From a bacterium (GTDB lineage: Bacteria; Bacillota; Clostridia; Lachnospirales; Lachnospiraceae), in NCBI GenBank assembly GCA_963658405.1, contig CAVKQI010000003.1, positions 60-64,059 of the forward strand: DNA of 64,000 nucleotides, read 5' to 3'. The notes beneath the pieces were generated by a model. It was not told the DNA's origin. It was given only the letters and a program-made list of their open reading frames with translations, and did no database searches. The translations under genes and the position numbers were made by a program. Positions 1 to 9,218 of the stretch are shown one piece after another (position 1 is the stretch's first letter; each line of letters opens with the position of its first letter).

Positions 1-1742
1 GTCCTTATAATACGCCAGTGTATCCGGCATGCCAATAGTCATTGCCAGCATCAGCATGACCAGCCAGATCCCCAGGAAAAGGATGCCATATCCGGGAACA
101 TTCTGCAGCATCACCCGCAGCCGGAACCGGGAGAGGAATTTCCACCGGGGAAGACGCATGGCTTTTTTGCGCCGGCTCTTTTTAAGGTCATGGCGAAGGA
201 ACTGCAGAGGCGTCGCCCGCAGCTGCACGGCAATGATCAGGAAATTTACGACAAACATAAGGATCAGTGGAATGACCGTGGTCTTGATAAAGGCTTCCGA
301 TGAAAAGACCGTCACATAGGTGGGCAGGCTGTAGCTGTTGTAGTACATACCCACCACAATATCCTTAAAGACCGTATAGCCCAATAGATTGCCGATCACG
401 GCAGAGAGAAAAGTCACCAGCATGGGGCACGTCATGTAATGCCGCAGCAGCTCGCCTCTGGTATAACCCGAAGCCCGCAGGGTACCGATGACGGAGGCTT
501 CCTTTTGAATCGTATTACTGATGGTCACCGCAAAGACAAAGGCCAGCACCGCGATCAGGATATAAAGGAGCACGCCGCCCATGGCCTCATCGCTTCCCAT
601 GTCATCCACGGTAAACTGCACCGCATTGTTGGCATAGACCGGCAGATAACTCTTCAGCTCATTATCGGCTGCCAGAGCCTGGGTGACGATCACCTTGGTG
701 GTCTCGTCGGACCAGCTTTTTTTGTCCGCATCTGCGGCAGGCGCGTTGGCGGCGCCGCTTCCCGCCTTCTCTGTATAACGGAAGGCATAATTGTAGTGCA
801 CGGCGCTGTCCAGTTTTTCAAAGCCTTCCTGCGTCAGAAGCCCCACATCAAAATTGATGGCATCGAACATGATCTCCGTGTTCTTTTCAAATAAGGTGCT
901 GTAGTCCACATTGGCCACCAGACCGGTGATGGTGAATTTCTCTCCTCCGGCGGTCAGCGTATCTCCCACGGAAAGCCCCACGTTGTCAGCATGCATGCGA
1001 TCTATGGCGATCTCATTTTCATCGGATGGTAATCTCCCTTCCATGACGCAGGGCAGGTTCATCCGCTCCCGCAGGGCATAGACGCGGATCTTTCCCTGAT
1101 CCGTCTTAGCATCGCCCCCGATCTTTTCCCGCTTTTCCGTCACATCTTTATAGAAGTTTTCGCAGATGGTCAGGGTGTGGATCTGCGCATCCTTCTCCTC
1201 CAGGGAGAAACGATCCTTTATCTTATCGTACTGCTCTTCTACTTCCGCCTGCGCTTTTTCGTATGCTTCCTCATAAATAGGCGCATAGGCATCCTGATAG
1301 GAGCCCAGCTGCTCTGTGAGCTGTTCCTCCACCTTTTCTCTGATTGTTTCTCAACTTCTTCCTGTGCTTTTTCGTATGCTTCCTCATAAATAGGCGCATA
1401 GGCATCCTGATAGGGGCCCAGCTGCTCTGCGAGCTGTTCCTTTACCTTTTCTCTGGCCTTCTGTTCATAATAGGAGAGCAGGTCCTCCTTTTCTCCGGAC
1501 TCGATCGCGGAAAGCAGGTCCTGATCTGCCTCCTCCTTCAGCTCGAAATGCCCGTCCTCCAGCTGGTACTTTTCCACGCTCTCCTCTGCCGCCTTCAGCA
1601 TACTGCCGTTAGCCACATACATGCCGGAGACAAAGCCGATGGTGAGGACCATAAATAAAGCAATCACAATATATTTTTTCCACTCTCCCGTCAGCTCCCG
1701 CAGTATCCGATGACGGAGGGGATTTCTTCTTTCTTTTTTCAC
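1..1742 (-). pseudogene. FtsX/MacB-type ABC transporter permease, frameshifted; 3' end runs off the window start
   Basis: ORF 1239..1766 has a probable GTG start at 1742, 6 nt after AGAAAGGA. It gives an N-terminal TM helix and the start of a large extracytoplasmic domain. The frame breaks at about 1335-1350. A second open frame continues 1350->1 with FtsX-like TM segments (..GTLRASGYTRGELLRHYMTCPMLV..); it is absent from the ORF track because it has no stop inside the window. The gene lies directly downstream of the ATPase at 1904..2614. Confidence 0.7.
1245..1454. repeat. Imperfect 113-bp tandem duplication inside the permease gene
   Basis: ..CTTTTTCGTATGCTTCCTCATAAATAGGCGCATAGGCATCCTGATAGG.GCCCAGCTGCTCTG.GAGCTGTTCC.. 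occurs twice. GTATGCT anchors at 1261 and 1374 give a 113-bp period, which is not a multiple of 3. The copies differ at several positions. The corresponding peptide (..QLGxYQDAYAPIYEEAYEKAQxEVE..) is read in frame in one copy and out of frame in the other. Confidence 0.85.
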
Positions 1743-1766
1743 AGCAGTCCTTTCTGTATATTCCAA

Positions 1767-1903
1767 TACTTGCGCCGCTGCCTGTCGGCGTCAACGCGAA
1801 GGGAATTTCGCGCAGGCGAATTCTCCTCGAGCCCCCGAAGGATGACGCTTGCGTCATCCTTCGAGTGAGACAGAAAAGCTATCAGGCTTTTCTGTCTCAC
1901 TTG
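1767..1903 (-). repeat. Four-hairpin intergenic module (family 1), full copy
   Basis: It lies between the ATPase stop (1904) and the permease start (1742). Components are a degenerate hp1 at about 1772-1792, hp2 GGGAATTTCGCG/GGCGAATTCTCC at 1801-1826, hp3 CGAAGGATGAC/GTCATCCTTCG at 1836-1863, and hp4 AGTGAGACAGAAAAGC/GCTTTTCTGTCTCACT at 1864-1901. Confidence 0.8.
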
Positions 1904-2614
1904 TTACCAATCCAGCTGCGCTGCCGGGATCCTGCATTCATTAAAGTCATTGTGGCGCACCAGGCCGTCCCGGAGGCGGATGCAGTGGTCGGCCATCTGC
2001 CGGATTGCCTCATTGTGCGTCACCATGATCACGGTATTGCCGTACTGCCGGTTGACCTTTTCAATGAGCTCCAGAATTTCCTTACTGGTCTTATAATCCA
2101 GCGCGCCGGTGGGCTCATCGCAAAGGAGCAGATCCGGATTCTTTACAATGGCGCGGCCGATGGAAACTCTCTGCTGCTGTCCGCCGGAGAGCTGGTTCGG
2201 CAGCTTGTAGCGATGCTCCCACAGTCCCAGTGTCCGCAGCAGCTCGTCCACCTCCAGAGGATCCTCGGAGAGATAGGCGCCCACTTCGATATTTTCCTTT
2301 ACATTCAGATTGCCGATGAGATTGTACATCTGGAATACGTATCCTAAGTGTCGTCTGCGGTACAGGGTCAGCGTCTTCTCATCCATGCTTTCCAATAGAT
2401 CTCCGTTTATGGAGATCTGACCGCTGTCCGCTCCGTCAATGCCGCCGATAATATTTAAAAGGGTCGACTTTCCGGAGCCGGAAGGCCCTAAGAGGACGCA
2501 GAACTCTCCCTTCTTCACGTCAAAGGAAAGTCCCCGCAGCACCTCCTGTCTGGTCTCTCCCTCTCCAAAGCTTTTCTTTAAATCCCGAATCTGCAAAAAA
2601 TACTGTTCGCTCAT
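1904..2614 (-). CDS. ABC transporter ATP-binding protein (MacB/LolD-like)
   Basis: 236 aa with Walker [10 protein letters not shown], signature LSGGQQQR and Walker [13 protein letters not shown]. It sits upstream of the FtsX-type permease. Confidence 0.9.
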   Translation of the reverse strand: MSEQYFLQIRDLKKSFGEGETRQEVLRGLSFDVKKGEFCVLLGPSGSGKSTLLNIIGGIDGADSGQISINGDLLESMDEKTLTLYRRRHLGYVFQMYNLIGNLNVKENIEVGAYLSEDPLEVDELLRTLGLWEHRYKLPNQLSGGQQQRVSIGRAIVKNPDLLLCDEPTGALDYKTSKEILELIEKVNRQYGNTVIMVTHNEAIRQMADHCIRLRDGLVRHNDFNECRIPAAQLDW

Positions 2615-2709
2615 TCTCCCTCTCTTTCTGTATGATTGACTTCTGTTATTTTGTCAGCTGCATTTATGCTTATATCTATCATTGTTAGTTATAGCTAACT
2701 TTTTCCATA

Positions 2710-2737
2710 AAAATACCATATTCAGGATATTTGTCAA
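2710..2737 (-). promoter_or_regulatory. Candidate sigma-A promoter for the MacB-like pair
   Basis: Minus-sense TTGACA (2732-2737), 16-nt spacer, TGgTATTTT extended -10 (2710-2715), about 95 nt upstream of the ATG at 2614. Confidence 0.45.
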
Positions 2738-2902
2738 TCCATATACCGTAAACCGGCGTACTTAATTACTTAATCTGTACAGGTTCTGGTATCTGCCTGG
2801 CAGGCGGCCAGAGTGCAGAGCGCCTCTAGCCAGAAACATCGGGGATCTGCGAAACTAATTCGAGACGAGTGAGTGCAGCATAGATACTTATAATGCATCC
2901 AT

Positions 2903-4807
2903 TCAGGATGCCTGGTTCTCGTCGAACTGGCTGTTGTAGAGGTCGGCATAGAAGCCGTTCTTTTCCATCAGTTCCTCATGCTTGCCGCTCTCGATGACAT
3001 CGCCGTCCTTTAATACCAGGATCAGGTCCGCGTTCTTGATGGTAGAGAGTCTGTGGGCGATGACAAAGGATGTCCGATTTTCCATCAGCTTATCCATGGC
3101 ATCCTGGATCAGCAGCTCCGTTCTGGTATCCACGGAGGAAGTAGCCTCATCCAGGATCAGCATGGGTCTGTCCGCGATCATGGCTCTGGCGATGGTCAGC
3201 TGCTGCTTCTGGCCCTGGGACAGGGTCATCTGCTCATTGAGCATGGTGTCGTAGCCATCCGGCAGCGTGCCGATGAAATAATCCAGACCTGCAGCCTTGC
3301 AGGCTTCCTGCATCTGTTCCTCGGTGACGTTCGGTGTGCTGTAGATCAGATTCTCCCTGATGGTACCTTCAAAGAGCCAGGTATCCTGCAGCACCATACA
3401 GAACTGGGAGCGCACCGCCTCTCTTCTGATCTGATCGGTGGGAATGCCGTCGATACTGATCTGACCGCCCTGCACCTCAAAGAAGCGCATGAGCAGATTT
3501 ACCAGTGTCGTCTTGCCGGCGCCGGTGGGACCGACGATGGCAATCTTCTGGCCCGGCTTTGCCTGGGCACTGAAATCGTGGATGATGACCTTCTCCGGGT
3601 CATAGCCGAACCTTACATGATCAAAGGTCACCTCGCCCTTTACATCCGTAAGCGCCGCTGTCTTGTCCTTCTCTTCTGGCATCTCCTCAGCCTCCAGGAA
3701 TTCAAAGACACGCTCGCCTGCTGCGGCGGCCTGCTGCAGGGACTGGATGACCTCGGTCAGCTGGGTCAGAGGCTGGGTAAAGTAATTGATATACATAAGG
3801 AATGCCACGATGGCACCAAAGGTGATCTGGTGACTTAATACGAGGGATCCGCCTACCACGCAGACAGCCACATAGCCAAGACTGCCTACCAAACTCATCA
3901 GCGGCATCATCAGGCCGGAAAGGCACTGTGCCATAAAGCCGCTGTGACGAAGATCATTGTTGAGTTCATCAAACTTTTCCTGCGCTGCCCTGGTGCCGTT
4001 GAAGGCCTTGACGACGGTATGTCCGCTGAAGACTTCCTCGATATGTCCGTTGATCTCGCCGATGCATTTCTGCTGTCTGCTGAAATACTTCTGGCTTCTC
4101 ATCATAATGAGGAAGATGACCGCAAATCCCAGAATGGATGCGCCCACTGCCGCCAGAGTCATCAGACCGCTGGTCACGATCATCAGCACAAGGCTTCCCA
4201 CGAACATGATCAGTGAGGAGATCAGGGTCGCAATACTCTGGTTCATGGTGCCGCTGATGGTATCCACATCGTTGGTCACACGGGAAAGGGTGTCGCCGAT
4301 GGTCTTATCGTTATAGAAAGACATGGGAAGACGGTTGATCTTATGAGAGATATCATCCCTGAGTCTCTGGGAAAAACGGAGCGTGATCTCTGCCATGATC
4401 CAGCCCTGAGCCGCAGAGAGGATCGCACTGAGCACATATAACCCGATCAGAAAGAAGCCGATCCTGCTCACGCCGGCCAGGTCCATGGAGGCATCCGCCT
4501 TCATTCCTGCCGTGATCGTATTGGTCAAGGATGAGAGCAGTCCCGGGGAGACCAGGGAAATCACTGTGCCTGCTCCGGAAAAGATCACCGCAATCACCAG
4601 CAGCGGAATGGAATTTTTGCCGTAGAGAAAGATCTTCTTCCAGGTTCCCATCAGATCCTTGGGCTTGCCGGAATTTCCGCCTTCGGCCTCTCCTTCTCCC
4701 GGTCCTTTTACTTTTTTGCGTCTTGCTTCCTCGAAAGCCTTCCTTCTGGCTTCTCTGGCCGCCTCTCTGGCCTCTGCTCTGGCTTTTTTCTTATTTTCAT
4801 TTTCCAT
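2903..4807 (-). CDS. ABC exporter, fused permease/ATPase subunit (canonical NBD) of a heterodimeric pair
   Basis: 634 aa with six predicted TM segments followed by an NBD. Motifs are Walker A GPTGAGKTT, signature LSQGQKQQ and Walker B MLILDEATS with the catalytic Glu. The N-terminus carries a roughly 50-aa Lys/Glu/Ala-rich extension. The start overlaps the stop of the upstream subunit. Confidence 0.9.
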   Translation of the reverse strand: MENENKKKARAEAREAAREARRKAFEEARRKKVKGPGEGEAEGGNSGKPKDLMGTWKKIFLYGKNSIPLLVIAVIFSGAGTVISLVSPGLLSSLTNTITAGMKADASMDLAGVSRIGFFLIGLYVLSAILSAAQGWIMAEITLRFSQRLRDDISHKINRLPMSFYNDKTIGDTLSRVTNDVDTISGTMNQSIATLISSLIMFVGSLVLMIVTSGLMTLAAVGASILGFAVIFLIMMRSQKYFSRQQKCIGEINGHIEEVFSGHTVVKAFNGTRAAQEKFDELNNDLRHSGFMAQCLSGLMMPLMSLVGSLGYVAVCVVGGSLVLSHQITFGAIVAFLMYINYFTQPLTQLTEVIQSLQQAAAAGERVFEFLEAEEMPEEKDKTAALTDVKGEVTFDHVRFGYDPEKVIIHDFSAQAKPGQKIAIVGPTGAGKTTLVNLLMRFFEVQGGQISIDGIPTDQIRREAVRSQFCMVLQDTWLFEGTIRENLIYSTPNVTEEQMQEACKAAGLDYFIGTLPDGYDTMLNEQMTLSQGQKQQLTIARAMIADRPMLILDEATSSVDTRTELLIQDAMDKLMENRTSFVIAHRLSTIKNADLILVLKDGDVIESGKHEELMEKNGFYADLYNSQFDENQAS

Positions 4808-6564
4808 TATGCAAGTTCCTCCCTGGAGAGCTGAGAAAGTGCGATCTCTCTGTAGACCTCGCAGTTCTCCAGCAATTCTTCGTGTTTGCCTATGCCGGCC
4901 ACTTTACCTTTGTCCAGAACCACGATCCTGTCAGCGTCCCGGATCGTGCCGATGCGCTGTGCCACGATGATCTTGGTGGCATCGCCGCATTTCTCGGAAA
5001 GTGCCTTTCGCAGTGCCTTATCCGTCTTATAATCCAGTGCGGAGAAGGAATCATCAAAGATCAGGATCTCCGGCTTGCCCGCAATGGCTCTGGCAATGGA
5101 CATTCTCTGCTTCTGGCCGCCGGAGAAGTTGGATCCTCCCTGTGCTACCGCCGCATTGCTGCCCTCTTCCTGCGCATCAATAAACTCACTGGCCTGGGCG
5201 ATATCCAGGGCCTCCTTTAACGCTTCCGGTGAAAGATCACCCTTGCCGTGATTGCCGTAGGAAATATTGGAGGCAATGGTTCCGCCGAACAGGAAAGTCT
5301 TCTGGGGCACATAGCCGATCTTATCCCGCAGGGCATTCTGCTCATAGTCCTTTACATCTACACCGTCTACCAGGACCTTACCTTCCGTCACATCATAAAA
5401 CCGGGGAATCAGATTCACCACGGAACTCTTGCCGCAGCCGATGGCGCCGATCAACGCCACGGTCTCACCTCTGCCTGCCGTAAAGGAAATATCTCTGAGC
5501 ACATAATCCTCTGCACCGGGATACTTAAAGGAGACCTGATCGAAGACGATCTCGCCCTTCTTTCCGTCCTTTCCTTCGGTGACATCGCCGTCCCTGATGG
5601 CTGCCTTCATATCCAGCACCTCCTGGATACGTCTGGCAGAAACTGCTGCCTTAGGGGTGATCATAAAGATCATGACCAGCATCATGAAGGCCATGACGAT
5701 CTGGGATGCATACTGGGAAAAGACCATCATATCGGAAAAGATCTGCAGCTTGTCGCCGGCAGCCGCCTCACTGATGAGCAGAGCGCCGATCCAGTAAATA
5801 GACAGCGACAGTCCGCTCATGATCAGGGAGATACCGGGCGACATCAGAGACATGATTCTCTGGGTGGAAAGGTTCATTTCGGTCATGGTGTCGTTGACCT
5901 TCTTGAATTTATCTTCCTGGTAATGCTCTGCATTGTAGGCACGTACTACGGAAAGGCCGTTCAGATTTTCTCTGGTGACCCGGTTCAGATCATCTGTCAG
6001 CTTCTGAATCTTTTCAAATCTGGGGATCACGATGGCCATGCAGCTGCCCACCAGCACCAGAAGCAGTACCACTGCCACAGCGGTGGAAAAGGTCCAGGCA
6101 GCTTTCTTGTGGTAGATCTTGATGATGGCCATGATCGCCATGATGGGCGCCATGATCAGGAGCTGGAGTCCCATGGTGATCACCATCTGCACCTGGCTCA
6201 CGTCATTGGTGGATCGGGTGATCAGGCTGGCTGTGGAAAAATGACCGATCTCTTCCAGAGAGAAATCCTGCACTCTGGCAAAGACCTTTCTGCGAAGGTT
6301 AGCCGAAAAGGAGGTGGAAACGCTGGCAGAGCACAGGCTGGACAGCACTGCCGTCACCAGGCTGGCCACTGCGCACAGCAGCATCAGCATACCCTCTTTC
6401 ATGATCTGTCCCACGGTGCTTCCCTCTGTCTGCACCATGGTGGTGATGTGGGCCATATGTTCCGGCATGGCCAGATTGATGCCCACCTCCGCTATGACAA
6501 AAACCAGGGACAGCACCATCAGCAGCCATTCCCGTTTTCTCAGGTTCCCAAATAGTTTTAACAT
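4807..6564 (-). CDS. ABC exporter, fused permease/ATPase subunit (degenerate NBD) of a heterodimeric pair
   Basis: The start was moved to MLKLFGNL (ATG 6564), preceded by AAGGAG. Motifs are Walker A GAIGCGKSS, signature FSGGQKQR and Walker B ILIFDDSFS, with Asp in place of the catalytic Glu. This matches asymmetric heterodimers of the BmrCD/TM287-288 type. Confidence 0.85.
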   Translation of the reverse strand: MLKLFGNLRKREWLLMVLSLVFVIAEVGINLAMPEHMAHITTMVQTEGSTVGQIMKEGMLMLLCAVASLVTAVLSSLCSASVSTSFSANLRRKVFARVQDFSLEEIGHFSTASLITRSTNDVSQVQMVITMGLQLLIMAPIMAIMAIIKIYHKKAAWTFSTAVAVVLLLVLVGSCMAIVIPRFEKIQKLTDDLNRVTRENLNGLSVVRAYNAEHYQEDKFKKVNDTMTEMNLSTQRIMSLMSPGISLIMSGLSLSIYWIGALLISEAAAGDKLQIFSDMMVFSQYASQIVMAFMMLVMIFMITPKAAVSARRIQEVLDMKAAIRDGDVTEGKDGKKGEIVFDQVSFKYPGAEDYVLRDISFTAGRGETVALIGAIGCGKSSVVNLIPRFYDVTEGKVLVDGVDVKDYEQNALRDKIGYVPQKTFLFGGTIASNISYGNHGKGDLSPEALKEALDIAQASEFIDAQEEGSNAAVAQGGSNFSGGQKQRMSIARAIAGKPEILIFDDSFSALDYKTDKALRKALSEKCGDATKIIVAQRIGTIRDADRIVVLDKGKVAGIGKHEELLENCEVYREIALSQLSREELA

Positions 6565-6906
6565 TCTTTCCTTGCTCCTTCTTTTTACTCTGAAAGTGTT
6601 GCCGGGCGGCCGGACAGACCGCGTGCCTGTACGAGAGGATGGCTGGGCATTTGGCAACCAGTCCTGTATGAGTACGTAGATTGCTCCGCACGCTGCGCTC
6701 CCGCAGGCGATTCTGCGTCAGGAGAATCCTCTTCCCCTGATACCTTTATCATTATACACGCTCCTTCTCAAAAAAACAGTTCTTACAAAAGCGCTTCCTT
6801 ATTCTCGCACAGCCTCCGTCCCCAAACCGTAACAGACACAGAAAGCATGGCTGCCCGCAGGCCACCTGCAGCAGCCGCGAACAGCCAAAACATTGCCCTG
6901 CCTGCA

Positions 6907-7650
6907 TCACGTGACCTCGATCCAGGCCCGGTAATATTCGTAGCGCTTTCCCGCTTCACTTCCCATCATCAGATACCGTCCGATCACCGTCCCCGGCCGC
7001 AGTCCCATGCTGCGCACCCGCGTCAGGGTATCCTGCAGATCATTCTCCTCCGGATCCTCACTTCCGGCTTTCAGGAGAAACTCCAGATATTTCCCGGTAT
7101 CCTTCCTTTGCCAGATCACCTCTGCATCGCTGTCTGCAAGAAAGATCCCTCTCTCTGCCTGCCCATGATGCGGACCGCCGATCCACAGGCAGATATCATA
7201 CGTATTCTCTAAAGAGGCCTGGATGGAGGAAAGATCAAAGGGATCCCGGCAGCAGAAGGCAATGTCCGGCACAGATTCTCTTAAGGGGCTCTCCCGCAGA
7301 CTCCGTATCCTGCGGATCATTTCCTTTTGCCTTTCCAGCCTGGCGAGAATCTCCTGCGTCCTGCGCAGCTGCTCCTGCAGTGTTTTCTCCTGCTCATCGT
7401 AACAGTTTTCTATGGCATCAATGTCGTCATGGATCAGTTTCCGGATTTCCTTCACCGGAATGTGCATTTCCCGGTAGAATACGATCTCCCATACATTCAT
7501 GATATCGGCCAGAGAAAACAGACGATATTGATTCTCCTGATTTCTCTGAGTCTCAAAAAGTCCCTCCTTTTCCCAGTAATGGAGGGTAGAGACGGGCAAT
7601 TTATACAAAGTGGCTACTTCATGGATATTTTTATAGAAATTCATGTGCAT
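6907..7650 (-). CDS. MerR-family transcriptional regulator with a C-terminal effector domain
   Basis: 247 aa. The N-terminal wHTH is ..IHEVATLYKLPVSTLHYWEKEGLF.. followed by a coiled-coil. AAAGGA lies 5 nt before the ATG. The gene sits between the ABC exporter pair and a divergent MATE pump. Confidence 0.85.
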   Translation of the reverse strand: MHMNFYKNIHEVATLYKLPVSTLHYWEKEGLFETQRNQENQYRLFSLADIMNVWEIVFYREMHIPVKEIRKLIHDDIDAIENCYDEQEKTLQEQLRRTQEILARLERQKEMIRRIRSLRESPLRESVPDIAFCCRDPFDLSSIQASLENTYDICLWIGGPHHGQAERGIFLADSDAEVIWQRKDTGKYLEFLLKAGSEDPEENDLQDTLTRVRSMGLRPGTVIGRYLMMGSEAGKRYEYYRAWIEVT

Positions 7651-7658
7651 GTTTTTCC

Positions 7659-7689
7659 TTTACTATAAAGTTACTTTATAGTTTATACT
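7659..7689 (+). promoter_or_regulatory. MerR-type promoter/operator with a 19-bp spacer, facing the MATE gene
   Basis: TTTACT (7659-7664), 19 nt, TATACT (7684-7689). The perfect dyad ACTATAAAGT-T-ACTTTATAGT (7662-7682) fills the spacer. Confidence 0.7.
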
Positions 7690-7791
7690 AAGCAATGTTT
7701 CACTGCAAGAAAGTATGCAGGCTGGCGGCAGACAGGAATCGGAAATTTCCGTCGCTTCTTCGCCGCTTTGCTGCTCAGAAATGAGGTATCT

Positions 7792-9117
7792 ATGAACCTT
7801 CTCAAAGACAACATCCGCAAACTTTATTTTCGTTTTCTGATCCCTGCCCTGGGCAGTGCCATGGTGATGTCCATTTATACCATGACCGATGCCATCGTCA
7901 TCGGCAAAGGCGTGGGGGCTGACGGTCTCTCCGGTCTTAACCTGACCACGCCGCCCATCAGCTTTATTTTTTCCATGGGCATCCTTTTCGGTGTAGGAGC
8001 TGCCGTACATATGAATGTGCACCGGGGCGCCGGCAACCACAAGCGGGCGAATCAGATCTTCACTCTGTCTCTGGCGGCCCTTTCGGTGGTATGCGTGATC
8101 CTGTGGATTCTTTTCCTTCTCTTTTCGGAAAATATCCTGCGCTTTATGGGCGCCAATGACACACTGCTTCCCTATTCCATGGGATACATGCACTATATCG
8201 TGCTCTTTTTCCCCTTTGCCATCTTCTCCAACTTTCTCTCTATCCTGGTGCGGGCAGACGGGGATCCGAACCGGGCCATGGCAGCGGTCATGTCCGGCGG
8301 TGTGCTGAATGTCATCCTGGACATTCTCTTTGTCTTTCCTTTTCAGTGGGGCATGGGCGGTGCTGCACTGGCTTCTGCCCTGGGCATGATCACCCAGTGC
8401 AGCATCAATATCACCCACTTTTTCACTGCCGGCAATACCATGCGGTTAGAGCGCCCCTCCCATATACTCCATAACCTGGGCACCGTCGCCGCCAGCGGCA
8501 TCTCCGGCTCTGTCAACGAGCTGGCCAATGCCATTACCGTCTTTCTCTTTAATATTCAGATGCTGCGCTATAACGGCAGCGACGCTCTGGCGGTCTACAG
8601 TGTCATCGCCAACTGCGCCATCCTGTTTAACTCCCTCTTTACCGGCGTGGGACAGGCAGTACAACCCATCATCTCCACCAATCTGGGTGCAGGAGAAAAG
8701 CAGCGGATCCGTCAGGTATCACGGCTCGCTTACCTGACAGCAGGGGCTATGGGCATCGTCTTCGCCCTCCTGGGCATCCTTTTCCCCAGACAGATCTGCC
8801 GGGTTTTCCTGACCATGACTCCGTCCCTCGATACGGTGGCCGACTACGGACTTCGTCTGTATTTCCCGGCCTTTCTCATGATGGGTCTCAATGTGCTCTC
8901 CTGCTATTACCTGCAGTCCATCTTAAAGACCGGTGCCTCCCTGGCGGTCTCTCTTTGCCGCAACCTGGTACTCTCGAGCCTTTTCATTCTGCTGCTGCCT
9001 GTCCTTTTCGGCGGCGGTATTCTCTGGGGCATCATGCCGTTGGTGGAGCTTCTCACCATCCTGCTCTCCGTGACACTGGTGCGCAGAAGCGGAGGGACGA
9101 CAGGCAGTCAAAAATAA
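7792..9117 (+). CDS. MATE-family efflux transporter
   Basis: The start was moved to MNLLKDNIRK (GAGGT 5 nt upstream). The protein is polytopic with a typical MATE N-terminus ..YFRFLIPALGSAMVMSIYTMTDAIVIG.. Confidence 0.85.
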   Translation: MNLLKDNIRKLYFRFLIPALGSAMVMSIYTMTDAIVIGKGVGADGLSGLNLTTPPISFIFSMGILFGVGAAVHMNVHRGAGNHKRANQIFTLSLAALSVVCVILWILFLLFSENILRFMGANDTLLPYSMGYMHYIVLFFPFAIFSNFLSILVRADGDPNRAMAAVMSGGVLNVILDILFVFPFQWGMGGAALASALGMITQCSINITHFFTAGNTMRLERPSHILHNLGTVAASGISGSVNELANAITVFLFNIQMLRYNGSDALAVYSVIANCAILFNSLFTGVGQAVQPIISTNLGAGEKQRIRQVSRLAYLTAGAMGIVFALLGILFPRQICRVFLTMTPSLDTVADYGLRLYFPAFLMMGLNVLSCYYLQSILKTGASLAVSLCRNLVLSSLFILLLPVLFGGGILWGIMPLVELLTILLSVTLVRRSGGTTGSQK

Positions 9118-9162
9118 ACGTATCTATTTATCCCGCATCTCGAATTTGCTTCGCAAATAAAC

Positions 9163-9212
9163 AAAAAAAGACTGTGTTTACGGATTTGTTTTCCGTAAAC
9201 ACAGTCTTTTTT
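9163..9212. terminator. Bidirectional intrinsic terminator between the convergent MATE and clpB genes
   Basis: 15-bp stem AGACTGTGTTTACGG/CCGTAAACACAGTCT (9169-9183 / 9193-9207), flanked by an A-run and a T-run. Confidence 0.85.
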
Positions 9213-9218
9213 CTAATC

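Noticed and set aside
6565-6906. Leader-peptide attenuation (BmrB-like) upstream of the ABC exporter pair; a 57-codon ORF starts at the ATG inside ..GTGTATAATGATAAAGG..
   Set aside because: That ATG overlaps the only good -10 candidate (TATAAT), and there is no SD and no clear terminator/antiterminator pair. The region does contain a degenerate hp2-like string (about 6700-6725). This is insufficient evidence.
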